A DNA stretch of 64,000 bases from an uncultured Phycisphaerales bacterium (GCA_963844715.1 CAWJPJ010000007.1:256001-320000), one strand, 5' to 3'; shown: positions 33,791 to 44,425, numbered from the stretch's first letter. Numbers and translations: made by a program. Notes: a model not told the origin generated them from the sequence alone.

Positions 33791-35218
33791 ATGCCAGCAT
33801 CCAATATTCACTACGATCTGATCGTCATAGGCTCCGGCCCGGCGGGCCAAAAGGCGGCCCTCAACGCCGCCAAACTCGGCAAATCCGTCGCCGTTATCGA
33901 ACGTGAAAATACCCTCGGCGGCGTCTGCATTCACACCGGAACCATCCCCTCCAAGGCCATTCGAGAAGCCGTCCTCCATCTCACCGGCGTGCGCGAGCGC
34001 TCCGTCTACGGGGCGGGATACGCCGTCAAGCACGACATCAAAATGTCGGATCTCCTCTACCGCTGCCAGCACGTCGTGCGCACGGAAGTCGAAGTGATCC
34101 GCAACCAGATGCATCGCAACAATGTGACGATGATCGCCGGCTCGGCAACATTCGTCGATCCGCACACCGTCCGCATCCATCACTCGCAGGACACCACCGA
34201 TATCAAGGGGGAAAACATCCTCCTTGCCGTCGGCACCCTGCCGGCGCGTCCGAAGGAAGTCCCCTTCACCCCCAATCGCGTCATCGACAGCAACGAACTT
34301 TTGACATTGGCCGAACTGCCCAAATCCATGGTCATCGTCGGCGGCGGCGTGATCGGAACCGAATACGCCTGCATGATGGCGGTCGTCGGCGTACGGGTCA
34401 CCCTCATCGAATCACGCCCCCGCCTCCTCGAGTTTGTCGACGACGAACTGGCGGAAAATCTTCAGTTCCGTTTGCGCGACATGGGAATGCGCCTACGCCT
34501 GGGTGAATCGGTCGCCAAGATTGAAGTGGTCAACGAACACGTCGAAGCGACGCTGGCGAGCAACAAGAAAGTGGCCGGGGATACGCTGATGTATTGCATC
34601 GGGCGCCAGGGCGCCACCGACGAATTGAATCTCCCCGCCGCCGGTTTGACCGCCGACAATCGCGGGCGGTTGAAAGTGAACGAGTATTACCAGACTGCCG
34701 TCCCCCACATTTATGCCGCCGGCGACGTGATCGGCTTCCCGTCTCTCGCGTCAACCAGCATGGAACAGGGGCGCCTGGCTTCCTGCCACATGTTCCACCA
34801 ACTCGCGCAGGCCGCAAATCCGCTGTTTCCACACGGAATCTACACCATTCCTGAAATCAGCATGGTCGGCCAAAACGAGCAGTCTCTGACCAAGGAAAAC
34901 ATTCCCTACGAAGTCGGCCTGGCCCGCTATCGCGAGATCGCCCGCGGTCAGCTCATCGCCGACCCGCACGGCATACTCAAACTCCTCTTCCATCCCGAAA
35001 GCCGCCGCCTCCTCGGCGTCCACGCCATCGGCACCGGCGCCACGGAACTCATCCACATCGGCCAAACCGTCATCGCCGCCGGCATGGCCATCGACTACTT
35101 CATCGAATCCGTCTTCAACTACCCAACGCTGGCCGAGTGCTACAAAGTAGCCGCCTTAGACGGCCTAAACCGTCTCCGCTCCATCAGCCACGAAGAACCC
35201 CACGCTAACGCCGCCTAA
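33791..35218 (+). CDS. sthA: Soluble pyridine nucleotide transhydrogenase
   Basis: GSGPAG, GGVCIHTGTIPSK (CxxxxT), GDVIGFPSLASTSMEQGR, GIYTIPEIS, FNYPTLAECYKVAALDGLN. Confidence 0.92.
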   Translation: MPASNIHYDLIVIGSGPAGQKAALNAAKLGKSVAVIERENTLGGVCIHTGTIPSKAIREAVLHLTGVRERSVYGAGYAVKHDIKMSDLLYRCQHVVRTEVEVIRNQMHRNNVTMIAGSATFVDPHTVRIHHSQDTTDIKGENILLAVGTLPARPKEVPFTPNRVIDSNELLTLAELPKSMVIVGGGVIGTEYACMMAVVGVRVTLIESRPRLLEFVDDELAENLQFRLRDMGMRLRLGESVAKIEVVNEHVEATLASNKKVAGDTLMYCIGRQGATDELNLPAAGLTADNRGRLKVNEYYQTAVPHIYAAGDVIGFPSLASTSMEQGRLASCHMFHQLAQAANPLFPHGIYTIPEISMVGQNEQSLTKENIPYEVGLARYREIARGQLIADPHGILKLLFHPESRRLLGVHAIGTGATELIHIGQTVIAAGMAIDYFIESVFNYPTLAECYKVAALDGLNRLRSISHEEPHANAA

Positions 35219-35261
35219 AAATAGGCGATGCTTTCCTGATGCGCGGTAATATCCCCGGGCG

Positions 35262-35825
35262 ATGAAACGCCTGTGCCGATGGATGTTCAACCTCCTGTTA
35301 GCAACGTCGTTACTGACTAGCGTTGCCGCGACGGCTCTCTGGATTCGCAGTTTTACAAAAGCCGAGGAGCTTTACCGCAACCACCACGACGGTGCGACCC
35401 ACAAGGACGATCAGATCAACATCATTTGGGGAAATGGAGGTTTCCTTCTGTCCTACTCGAGCCAGAACGTTTGGCTGGATTTCCAACAGAATGGATTTGA
35501 CATCAAAGATCCCAGTCCGGCCGGGACAAAATGGAGCTTTGGCCCCTGCTTTAATTGGCCGACTTGGAACTACCGATTCGTGGATTTCTCCCAATTCTCC
35601 AAAGGCAACGACTATGCGTGGTGGTTCCGCGTGCGGCTCTACCTCGTTGCCGCCGTCAGTGCGATACTCCCGGCCATCTTCGTTATGAACTGGTTCCGCA
35701 AGCGGCGAACGTCGAAAAGAGGATTCTGCGCGAACTGCGGCTACGATCTCCGCGCCACGCCCGAGCGCTGCCCCGAATGCGGCGCGCCGGCGGAGAAGCA
35801 GCCCTCGTCTCTCCCGAACGGCTGA
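35262..35825 (+). CDS. Two-TM membrane protein with C-terminal zinc ribbon
   Basis: N-terminal TM ending LWIRS, second TM, CANCGYDLRATPERCPECG. Confidence 0.75.
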   Translation: MKRLCRWMFNLLLATSLLTSVAATALWIRSFTKAEELYRNHHDGATHKDDQINIIWGNGGFLLSYSSQNVWLDFQQNGFDIKDPSPAGTKWSFGPCFNWPTWNYRFVDFSQFSKGNDYAWWFRVRLYLVAAVSAILPAIFVMNWFRKRRTSKRGFCANCGYDLRATPERCPECGAPAEKQPSSLPNG

Positions 35826-36024
35826 TGGGAAATCCGGAAAATGGTCGGTCCGCGGGGACGAAGAGAACCGCTTGGCCCGCGTTGAGTCCCGCCAAAAGAG
35901 GCTTTACAGGGGATTCCACGACCGTGCCATCGCACTTGAATTGATTGACCACGAGACATGGCGGATTCGACTCAATTGCTTCTCCCCGCACATCGAATAA
36001 AATGGGCTTTTTAAGGAGCCGATC

Positions 36025-36594
36025 ATGCGTCACGTGATATCCGCCCTGGTGGTGAACGAACCAGGCGTCCTGGCCAGCGTCGCCGGAATGTTCGCCGCGC
36101 GGGGTTTCAACATCGACTCCCTCGTCGTCGGCCGAACCGAGGACGCCAATCTGTCGCGCATGACCATCGTCGTCGACGCGGATGAAAACACGCTGGAGCA
36201 AGTCCGCAAACAGCTCGCCAAATTGGTCCCCGTCACCAAGGTCAAGGATTTCAAGGGCACCGCCTACATCGAGCGCGATCTGGCGTTGGTCACCGTCTCG
36301 GTCTCCCCCGAGCACAGAGGTGAAGTGATCGAAATCGTCAATCTCTTCCGCGGCAAAGTCGTGGATGTCGCCAAGGAAAGCCTCATCGTCGAACTCGCCG
36401 GCACGGAGGAAAAAGTCGAAGCCTTCATCGAACTGATGAAACCCTACGGCATCCGTGAACTGGCCCGCACCGGGGTCATCGCCATGGGCCGCGGCATGCA
36501 ACTTTCCAAAGGCTCCGACGACGATTCCGCCGCCGGCAAAACCCGCAAACGCAGCCTGAACGCCCCCGCCGCGGCGGCCCTGCCGCCTAGCTAA
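36025..36594 (+). CDS. ilvN: Acetolactate synthase small (regulatory) subunit
   Basis: LVVNEPGVL...GMF..RGFNIDSL.V, SRMTIV, EQV.KQL.KL, ELARTG. Confidence 0.93.
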   Translation: MRHVISALVVNEPGVLASVAGMFAARGFNIDSLVVGRTEDANLSRMTIVVDADENTLEQVRKQLAKLVPVTKVKDFKGTAYIERDLALVTVSVSPEHRGEVIEIVNLFRGKVVDVAKESLIVELAGTEEKVEAFIELMKPYGIRELARTGVIAMGRGMQLSKGSDDDSAAGKTRKRSLNAPAAAALPPS

Positions 36595-36654
36595 GCGATG
36601 CGGCTTTACTAACCCGTTGCAAAAATCCCTATTTTCGGTATATACTGTAAATAA

Positions 36655-36920
36655 ATGCCTTACGCTTTCGCTGCATTGAATGGAATATCGGCAAAGTTGA
36701 AGGACATAAGTTGACGGTCGGCGACGTTGAGTATGCGGTCAACAGTGCGCGGCGGCCTTTTCCAAAGCCAATCGGTAACGAGAAATGGTTGGTAATCGGC
36801 ACGGCGGAAAATGGCCGGCGGATTCAGGCGATTTACCTGATCGACGATGATGACAGCCTATTTGTGATTCACGCGCGTCCTCTGACAGCCAACGAGCGCC
36901 GACGCAGGAGAACAAAATGA
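36655..36920 (+). CDS. BrnT/RelE-like toxin; frameshift near 36668
   Basis: Corrected N-terminus MPYAFR.IEWNIGKVEGHKLT..DVE, then VIGT..GRR, VIHARPLT..ERRR. Confidence 0.7.
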
Positions 36921-37252
36921 AGTCAAAAAAACCATTGGCCCCTTGGCTCCCAGGCCAATTTGGACAGATGACTCGCGATGATTTCGACAAGGAATCAGAC
37001 CAGTACAACTCTGAGTTTTCCGCCGCGCGAGCCGAACGTGTGAAAAATTTGCGGTCGCATCCGAAAAAGCGCGGCCGGCCCTCCAAGCCCAAGGGTCAGA
37101 AATCCGCTCGCGTACTAATCACCATGACGCCCCGGCTCCTGGCGGCGGCGGATGCCGCCGCCGATAAACGAGGTCTGACCCGTGCCGGGCTTATCCGACA
37201 GGCAGTCCTGGATTGGCTTGAGCGCCAACCCCGTTTGCCGATGAGCGCTTAG
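36917..37252 (+). CDS. Antitoxin with C-terminal ribbon-helix-helix (BrnA/CopG-like)
   Basis: ATGA overlap with the toxin gene; KRGRP, RVLITM...LLA.AD..A...GLTRA.LIR.A. Confidence 0.72.
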   Translation: MKSKKPLAPWLPGQFGQMTRDDFDKESDQYNSEFSAARAERVKNLRSHPKKRGRPSKPKGQKSARVLITMTPRLLAAADAAADKRGLTRAGLIRQAVLDWLERQPRLPMSA

Positions 37253-37316
37253 GGGCACCGCTAGGGCAGCAGGTTCCGCTGCGCAAAAATCCGCGGCCAG
37301 GTCGCAAAAACCGGGT

Positions 37317-37901
37317 ATGATTGCGGCTCGTCCCGTCCCCTCGTCGGCCGCAGCCCGGGTCTCAATGACTTATTCCCAATTCAACACCCGCATCGAAGCC
37401 GCGGCCAAATGGGCAAAGATCACCGGCGTCTCCATGCTCGCCATCGGCGTGATCGTGATAATTGTCGGCCTGGCGGCGTCCGCGCAGACCGTCGGCTCAT
37501 CGCCGCTCCCGGTCTTCGTCGCCGCGACGCTGTTCTACTTTTTTCCCGGCGGAGTTTTGTTGCTCGTCACCCGCTGGCTAACGGCCGCGCGCGTCTGGGC
37601 CTATTACCTGATGATGGGAATGTGCGGCCTTTCCATGGCCGGCATGCTCTACAACCTCGCCCGCGGCATGGACGACCCCTATTTTGGCCTCACGGTCGTC
37701 GTGTCCCTCCTCGTCCTCGCGCCCTGGATTCTCCTCTTCGTCGCGTGCCTGAACGCCTTGCCCGACGCCCGCGATATGCGTAAAGCCTCCCTGCGCGACG
37801 GCCCGAAACCGCAAGGCTTTTCAGTGGTCCCACCCGCCAATCCAATGCCAACAATCAAACCACCCCCACCGGCAACCACTATAATCCGCAAGCATTCGTA
37901 G
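37317..37901 (+). CDS. Four-TM membrane protein with Pro-rich tail
   Basis: Hydrophobic segments; GC3-rich codon usage. Confidence 0.6.
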   Translation: MIAARPVPSSAAARVSMTYSQFNTRIEAAAKWAKITGVSMLAIGVIVIIVGLAASAQTVGSSPLPVFVAATLFYFFPGGVLLLVTRWLTAARVWAYYLMMGMCGLSMAGMLYNLARGMDDPYFGLTVVVSLLVLAPWILLFVACLNALPDARDMRKASLRDGPKPQGFSVVPPANPMPTIKPPPPATTIIRKHS

Positions 37902-37973
37902 GACCCGCCCGGCTATTTGAGCCCATCGCGAAAGCCAATTTGTCCTCGCGCTCGGCGGGGATATGATATCTAC

Positions 37974-38270
37974 ATGACCCGAGACCAGGCGCTGAAATAT
38001 TCTGGCCGCAAACCGTCAGAAATTGGACGGATTCTCGGTCGAGTCCCTGGCGATCTTCGGCTCCGTCGCGAGGAATGAGGCCACCGATGGCAGCGACATC
38101 GACGTGCTCGTGCGGTTCAAAAAGGGCAAACCAATCGGTCTTTTCGAATTCGTGCGGTTTCAAAGATTCCTGTCGGACATTTTAGGTTGCCCGGTGGACC
38201 TGGTGACGCCAGAAGCTCTGCGCAAGAGATGCGCCAGCAAGTTCTCCGGGAGGCCGTCAATGCCGCCTAG
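37974..38270 (+). CDS. MNT minimal nucleotidyltransferase (MntA-type antitoxin); two apparent indels
   Basis: FGSVARNEATDGSDID (GSx10DxD), VDLVT; the corrected end is EMRQQVLREAVNAA*. Confidence 0.82.
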
Positions 38271-38604
38271 AGACTGGCGTCTCCGCATCTCTGATATTCT
38301 TGAAGCAATCACTAGGATAGATCTCTACACCAGCGGAATGAATTTCGCGCTATTTGCAAAAGACGAAAAAACCGTAGACGCAGTTGTTCGCAATATCACC
38401 GTCATCGGCGAAGCAGCCAGGTCCGTACCTCCTATCATTGTCGATGCGCATCCCGAGATTCCCTGGCAAGATATGTGCGATATGCGAAACGTCGTCGTCC
38501 ACGCTTATTTCGGCCTGAACCGGCAAATCCTGTGGGATACGATTCAAACCAATCTTCAGCCGCTGATTCCTCTGTTGCAAAACATTTTAAAAGAATCCAA
38601 ATAG
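38260..38604 (+). CDS. HEPN/DUF86 RNase toxin (HepT-type)
   Basis: DAVVRNITVIGEAA, IPW, MRNVVVHAYF (Rx4H-xY). Confidence 0.88.
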   Translation: MPPRDWRLRISDILEAITRIDLYTSGMNFALFAKDEKTVDAVVRNITVIGEAARSVPPIIVDAHPEIPWQDMCDMRNVVVHAYFGLNRQILWDTIQTNLQPLIPLLQNILKESK

Positions 38605-38687
38605 CCAATTTCGCCCACCTTGCTTCATCTCGACCCATCGAAACCGCTTCTAAAGCAATTGGATTTCTCGATGCCCAGTTACCAAGC

Positions 38688-39542
38688 CTACTCCCCGTGA
38701 TTTGACGATGGCTTTTCGGGCTTATCATCTGAGTCATAAGCCTGATCCGCGTTTTCCCCCTTTACCTCTATTCTCTCCACGCTCAGCGCCCGCCCCGTTT
38801 CCGGATCCACCTCGGCCAGCAGCCCGCACATCCTCACATCCCCCGTCGCGATCTCAAACGGCTGCGGCATGTTGGTCGTCATATATTTAATGACGCGATC
38901 TTTCCTCCGGCCGAGCACCGAATCGTACGGCCCGCACATGCCCAGATCGGTTTGATAGGCACTGCCGTTGGGAAGGATTTTCGCATCGGCGGTGGGAATA
39001 TGCGTGTGCGTGCCGAAGATGACGGAACATCGCCCGTCCATCCAGTAGCTCAGCGCGATCTTTTCGCTCGTCGCTTCGGCGTGAATATCACACACGCAGA
39101 TGCGCACCGAATCTGGAATCTGATCGAGCACGCGGTCTGCCGCCGCGAAGGGATCGTCCGAGGGAAGATTTACGAAGATTCTCCCGAGCAGCGCAAAGAC
39201 CGCCACGGAAACTCCGCCGGCGGTTTGCACGACCGTGAATCCCCGGCCCGCGGCCCCAATCGCCAGATTTGCCGGACGCACGATCCGCTCGCTGCTTTGC
39301 ATCGTGGGAACGATATCCACCCGGCGATAAAGATGATCGCCCAGCGTGACAACATCGACGCCATAACTGCGGATTTTGTGGAAGAGATTGGCGGTGATGC
39401 CGCTGCCGCCGGCGATATTTTCCGCGTTGGCGACGACGAGATCGACCTGCCGTTGGCGGACCAGGTCGTGCAATTTTTGCTGAAGGATTTGCCGGCCGGG
39501 CCGGCCGACGACGTCGCCAAGACACAAAATCCGCAGGGGCAT
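38688..39542 (-). CDS. ymdB: YmdB-family (TIGR00282) metallophosphoesterase
   Basis: GDVVGRPGR, ANAEN..GG.G, DIHAEATSEK, GTHTHIPTAD, TDLGMCGP. Confidence 0.9.
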   Translation of the reverse strand: MPLRILCLGDVVGRPGRQILQQKLHDLVRQRQVDLVVANAENIAGGSGITANLFHKIRSYGVDVVTLGDHLYRRVDIVPTMQSSERIVRPANLAIGAAGRGFTVVQTAGGVSVAVFALLGRIFVNLPSDDPFAAADRVLDQIPDSVRICVCDIHAEATSEKIALSYWMDGRCSVIFGTHTHIPTADAKILPNGSAYQTDLGMCGPYDSVLGRRKDRVIKYMTTNMPQPFEIATGDVRMCGLLAEVDPETGRALSVERIEVKGENADQAYDSDDKPEKPSSNHGE

Positions 39543-39621
39543 GGGCCTTAGAATACAGCCCCGGCGGCGGGTGGGACAGCCCCGCCGTTTCCCGATCGTT
39601 CGACATCGCTATGATGTGGGC

Positions 39622-40515
39622 ATGGGCGTATCCCTGGAAAACCTGATCTTCTCTGGCGAATCGCCCGCCGGGCGAAAGCCCCCCTGGCTGCGCATGAAAA
39701 TGCCGGGCGGAGAGGGCTACGCCCGCCTGACGAAAATCGTCAACGGGAACCGCCTGCACACGGTTTGCCAATCCGCCAAATGCCCCAACATGGGCGAATG
39801 CTGGGCCGCCGGAACGGCCACGCTGATGATCCTCGGGAACGTCTGCACCCGAAGCTGCGGATTCTGCCATATCGCGACCGGGAGACCCACGGAACTGGAT
39901 CGCGACGAGCCGCGGCGGGTGGGGCTGGCGGTGAAGATGATGAACCTCGGCCACGCTGTCATCACGAGCGTGAACCGAGACGAGTTGCCCGATGGAGGGG
40001 CCGATGTCTGGGCGGAAACCATCCGCCAAATCCGCTCGCAATCGCCGGGGACGAATGTCGAGGTGTTGATTCCCGATTTTTGCGGCGATTGGGATGCGCT
40101 GGCAACCGTGCTGGCCGAGAAACCGGATATTTTAAATCACAATCTCGAGACAGTGTCCCGGCTGTATCGAACGGTTCGTCCCCAGGCGAAATATCGGCGC
40201 TCGCTGGAACTATTGCAGATCGCCAAGGGCGAGGGCTTTGTCGTTAAAACCGGCATGATGCTGGGTCTGGGCGAGGAAGAATATGAAATCGAGCAGGTTC
40301 TGGACGATCTGGTCTCGATCGGCTGCGATATTGTGACCCTGGGCCAATACTTGCAGCCGACACGCGAGCATTTGCCCGTGGCCCGCTGGGTGCATCCGGA
40401 CGAGTTCGCCGATTGGAAATGGCGAGGCGAGGCGAAGGGAATTCGGCACGTCGAATCGGGCCCGCTGGTGCGGAGCAGCTATCACGCGGAGAAACAAGTA
40501 CGAGGAGCGAAATGA
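39622..40515 (+). CDS. lipA: Lipoyl synthase
   Basis: CQSAKCPNMGEC (Cx4Cx5C), CTRSCGFC (radical SAM), GPLVRSSY. Confidence 0.96.
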   Translation: MGVSLENLIFSGESPAGRKPPWLRMKMPGGEGYARLTKIVNGNRLHTVCQSAKCPNMGECWAAGTATLMILGNVCTRSCGFCHIATGRPTELDRDEPRRVGLAVKMMNLGHAVITSVNRDELPDGGADVWAETIRQIRSQSPGTNVEVLIPDFCGDWDALATVLAEKPDILNHNLETVSRLYRTVRPQAKYRRSLELLQIAKGEGFVVKTGMMLGLGEEEYEIEQVLDDLVSIGCDIVTLGQYLQPTREHLPVARWVHPDEFADWKWRGEAKGIRHVESGPLVRSSYHAEKQVRGAK

Positions 40516-41746
40516 GGAGCAGTTTCGCGTTCGGTTTGGCTGTGGTTTTGTTGGCGCTGGCCGGATGTCATCAGGAGCAGCCGGCCGTCGATTTTCGGCA
40601 ACCCCTTCCGCCGGGAATGGTCGCCCTGCGGAAGATTTCGCCCGGTGAATATCCGAATTTTGGCGAGCAGCCGATCGACGCGACGGCACTGGAAACGTCG
40701 ATCAATAATAGTTTGCAATATATGTCCGCGCCGAGCAGCCGGAGTTTTTATCCTTATCTGGATATCAGCCACGAGGCGCGGTGGAGTCGTTGGTTCGGCT
40801 GAGGCAAATTTGCCAGAAACTCACCGATCGCGGCGCCTGGGACGGGATTTGGTTCAATCAGCAGATCGTCGACAATTTCGAGGTATACAAGAGCGTCGGG
40901 GCGCCGACGCCGGACGGAACGGATTACACCGAGCGGGTTTTGTTCACCGGCTATTTCACGCCGATTTATGACGCCAGTTTGCAGAAAACGGATGAATACA
41001 AATGGCCGCTCTATAAGTTGCCGCCGGATTTGGCGCGCGACCCGAACACGGGGCAAGTCTACGGCCGCAGGCAGATCGACGGGACGTACGTGCCCTATTA
41101 CACGCGCCAGGAAATCGAGACCGGCGGGAAACTTGCCGGCAACGAACTCGTCTGGCTCAAGAGCCGCTGGGAAGCGTACGTGATCACGGTGCAGGGATCG
41201 GCCAGGTTGCGCCTCGCCGACTCCGGCAAGATTTACGAAATCGGCTTCGCCGGAACGAACGGATACACCTACACCAGCCCCGGCGAGCAGATGCTAAAGG
41301 ACGGCGTCATCACACCGGACCAATTGAGCTTTAACGGTCTTTCCACTTACTTCGCCACCCACCCGGACATGATGGATAAATATCTGTCCATCAATCAGCG
41401 CTACGTTTTTTTCACAGAAAGGCCCGGCGGCCCGTTCGGCAGTTTGAACGTTCCGGTTACCCCCTGGGCGACGATCGCGACGGACAAGGAGCAAAAGGAC
41501 ATTTACCCACGGGCCATGCCCGCTTTTTTGTCGGTGGATGTTCCGGATCAAAGCGGCATAGGCTTCAGACCGCTCCGGAGTTTCCTCCTCGATCAGGACA
41601 CCGGCGGCGCAATTCGAGCCAGCGGCCGATGCGACATTTTCATGGGCATCGGCCCGGACGCCGAGGCCGTGGCGGGGCATGAATTGCAAGAGGGGTCCCT
41701 CTATTACATCGCGATTCGGCCGGAATTGATGCAACCCGGCAAATAA
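40512..41746 (+). CDS. mltA: MltA-family lytic murein transglycosylase lipoprotein; frameshift near 40778
   Basis: LAGC lipobox, FTGYFTP, VQGSARL, N.RYVFF, IATD, DQDTGGAI...R.DIF.G (3D domain). Confidence 0.88.
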
Positions 41747-41829
41747 ACGCAACCTTTTCCCCAGTTTGGATTTATATAATTGTTCAAAACCCGATCCCGG
41801 ACTGGGCTGGTTTGACGATACAATCTGCT

Positions 41830-42561
41830 ATGAGAAGAGATGTTATGAGGATCGCATCGGCGCTGATTTTGTTCGTTTGCGGCATCGCCATCGCCGATGC
41901 CAGCCCCACCACGCAGCCGGACGATACCGTCCTCTCCAACCAGTTGCAGATTCTGGCGAACCAGGAAATGGCCAAGGGGAATTATGTCGCGGCCGCCGCC
42001 CTGCTGCAGCGGGATGAGCAGTTATTAATTTCCCAGCCCGACATGCTGGGGCCGATCGCCGAGCAGCTTCGCGTTTGCCGCCGGCAGATTTCCAAGGGGC
42101 TGACCGTCTCGACGCAGCCTACCCAGTCGGTGGTCATGGCCGTGGATGGTGGCGTGCGGAAGATTCACACCCGGCCGCCGGATGGGCAGACCCTTTCGCT
42201 TCCCATCAAGGAACTTGGAAATTTTGACTATGACGCCGAAGTCGGCGGAAATATTCCCGACGACGTGATGAAACTGGAAGGCATACATTTTGAAACCAGC
42301 GGATACATGATTCCCCTGGATCAGGCCGAGAGCATCTCCGAGTTCGCCCTGGTGCCGAGCCTGTTCGCTTGCTGTTTCGGGCAGCCGCCGCAGATTCAGC
42401 ATACGATCGTCGTGCATTGCCCCAAGGGCAAGGCCGTGGAATACTTCCCGGATGAATTAACCGTCGAGGGAACGCTGCACGTTTCGGAACAGAAAGACGG
42501 CGGATTCATCGTCAGCATTTTCCAGATGGATGCGTCGAGCGTGCGGCCGGCGAGCCAGTAG
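41830..42561 (+). CDS. Secreted DUF3299-like protein
   Basis: Signal peptide, GYMIPL, F.LV....ACCFGQPP, EG.L.V. Confidence 0.7.
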   Translation: MRRDVMRIASALILFVCGIAIADASPTTQPDDTVLSNQLQILANQEMAKGNYVAAAALLQRDEQLLISQPDMLGPIAEQLRVCRRQISKGLTVSTQPTQSVVMAVDGGVRKIHTRPPDGQTLSLPIKELGNFDYDAEVGGNIPDDVMKLEGIHFETSGYMIPLDQAESISEFALVPSLFACCFGQPPQIQHTIVVHCPKGKAVEYFPDELTVEGTLHVSEQKDGGFIVSIFQMDASSVRPASQ

Positions 42562-42565
42562 AGCC

Positions 42566-43108
42566 ATGAGCGTCACCTTTGAAATCCCGAAAAAGGCCTG
42601 GATCACACGCATCAATTGGCGGATCGCGATTTTCATCGCCGTCGTAGGGACGATGGTCGGCGTGCCGTTCTACATCTGGGCCGACGAAGTCATCACCGGC
42701 GGCATCCACAACCACGGCGATTATAAGGAAGTGGACCTGAAAGCGATGAGTACCTTCGATATGGACCAGGTGATCGGAACCATGAAGGATATTCCCCAAA
42801 GATTCCGCGACCTCGAAGGACAAAAAGTGATGATGGTCGGCGAGATGTGGAACCCGCACAGCGCTGGGGATGACAAGCTGAATTATTTCGTGCTGGTTTA
42901 TTCTAAGACCAAATGCTGCTTCACGGGCCCCCCGCTGGCGCAGCACTTCGTCGACGGCAACGTGGTGCCCGGCGCGGCCGTTTATTATTACGACACGCCC
43001 GTGCAGGCCTGGGGAACGATGCACGTCTATGTCCTCAAAGACGCCGACGGCGTCATCAAGAGCATTTATCACGTCGATATCGAGAAGGTCGAGCCGATCG
43101 AGAATTAG
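42566..43108 (+). CDS. Membrane-anchored DUF3299-like paralog
   Basis: N-terminal TM, IP..FRDLEGQKV...GEM, KCCFTGPP. Confidence 0.68.
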   Translation: MSVTFEIPKKAWITRINWRIAIFIAVVGTMVGVPFYIWADEVITGGIHNHGDYKEVDLKAMSTFDMDQVIGTMKDIPQRFRDLEGQKVMMVGEMWNPHSAGDDKLNYFVLVYSKTKCCFTGPPLAQHFVDGNVVPGAAVYYYDTPVQAWGTMHVYVLKDADGVIKSIYHVDIEKVEPIEN

Positions 43109-43311
43109 GTAGATTCAAAGTTCCCCTTTATCCGCGCGACGCAATTGTTGCCGGGTTGGGCGGTTGAAAATCCGGGGCTTCGATTCGGATTCGAATGCCA
43201 TTTCGGCAAAGGCCGAGGCCGTCATTGTTTAAATATTGGTTCAACAACGAAAAACCCATGGGTCAATTCAATCCTTTTCGGTAATTTGTGTTGAATATAG
43301 AATGAACTGAT

Positions 43312-43647
43312 ATGGCGAGCTTTGTAGCCCACTACAAGAAAAAGCAACTACAGCTTCGCGAGCTTGAGGGGGAACTATTGGCGCTACTGCAGAAAGGCGT
43401 GGCCGACAAAACAGCGTTACGCGCCGCCGAAGAAGTACGACAGGCGAAGGTACGGGCTCTTAAGGAAACGATCGCGAAGTTGGCCCCTTCCGAAATAAAT
43501 GCTCCCGCGATGGAAAGAGCGCAAAACAAGATCGAAGAATTGCAGGCCACGCCGGAAGCAGCCATTCTCGAAGAATATCGCCGACGGGTAGCGCACATAA
43601 AAGGACCTGTGCCTGTCCCGCGTGCACCGCGCAGGGGACACGGGTAG
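43312..43647 (+). CDS. Helical hypothetical protein
   Basis: 111-aa charged helical ORF preceded by TAGAAT; AT-richer codons. Confidence 0.5.
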   Translation: MASFVAHYKKKQLQLRELEGELLALLQKGVADKTALRAAEEVRQAKVRALKETIAKLAPSEINAPAMERAQNKIEELQATPEAAILEEYRRRVAHIKGPVPVPRAPRRGHG

Positions 43648-43737
43648 CGCCCCCAAAATTGGAATGCGCCAGGCAATCCCCAAACAAAAAGTTCAGTTGA
43701 CGTACTGCAGTCCCAGAACAAATTCATTAGCGGACGC

Positions 43738-44079
43738 TCATGCCTTGGCCAAAAGCAATTGCACATCCGATCGCAGCACCGCCAGTTTATTCTGGACGAT
43801 GTCCCAGGTTATTTCGTGCCTGACCACGCCGTAGCCATGAATCAACTGATTGCGGAAAGCAATGATCCGATGCCATTCGGTGATTTGATGGGCTGTGTCA
43901 TGGTCCGACTTTTCCAACTGAACGAGCGCCTCCCCAATCACGGCGAAATTCCACTGCACGGCGTCGCGCAATTTGCCGTCGGCAAGGTAATCGTCACGTG
44001 TTTTGCCCCGCGTGTAGTCTCCGATGCGGCCGGCGGCATCGAGAATGTCATGCAGGAACTTGCCGGTCTCAAGCCGCAT
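43738..44079 (-). CDS. HEPN/DUF86 RNase toxin, second copy
   Basis: DAV..NF.VIGEAL, FRNQLIHGY, WDIV. Confidence 0.88.
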   Translation of the reverse strand: MRLETGKFLHDILDAAGRIGDYTRGKTRDDYLADGKLRDAVQWNFAVIGEALVQLEKSDHDTAHQITEWHRIIAFRNQLIHGYGVVRHEITWDIVQNKLAVLRSDVQLLLAKA

Positions 44080-44374
44080 ATAAGGTGACCCGGTGCTGGT
44101 TGGCGACTTGCAGAAAATAAGGATTGTGAACGTCTCGGCTGCTGACCAGGTCCACCGATCGGCCCAGCAGTTGTTCCAAATCCTCCATGAAGCCGAAATA
44201 GCGATCGGCCAGTTTTGTCTCGTCGGAGTCGAATTCAAAAAAGAAGTCGATGTCGCTTCGGGCCGGCTCAAAATCGCCGCGGGCCGCGGAGCCGAACAGC
44301 TCAAGTTTGCGCACGCCGTACTTCCGGCACAAGGCCGCGATCTGCTCACGATGTTGTTCGAGAAGCGGGATCAT
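44069..44374 (-). CDS. MNT nucleotidyltransferase antitoxin, second copy
   Basis: LFGSAARGDF...SDID, VDLV, NPYF; overlaps the HEPN start. Confidence 0.88.
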   Translation of the reverse strand: MIPLLEQHREQIAALCRKYGVRKLELFGSAARGDFEPARSDIDFFFEFDSDETKLADRYFGFMEDLEQLLGRSVDLVSSRDVHNPYFLQVANQHRVTLYAA

Positions 44375-44425
44375 TGAGGCGATTATACCCTGCATGCTTC
44401 CTCGTGCACCTACTGACAGAAGAGA

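Noticed and set aside
38023..38604. Apparent MNT-HEPN fusion protein in the ORF track
   Set aside because: A one-base correction near 38226 restores the typical MNT end (EMRQQVLREAVNAA*) overlapping a HEPN ATG at 38260; most likely an indel artefact.
38688..39542. YmdB as the c-di-AMP phosphodiesterase partner of the riboswitch
   Set aside because: YmdB is established as a 2',3'-cyclic nucleotide phosphodiesterase, lies 20 kb away, and shows no evident link.
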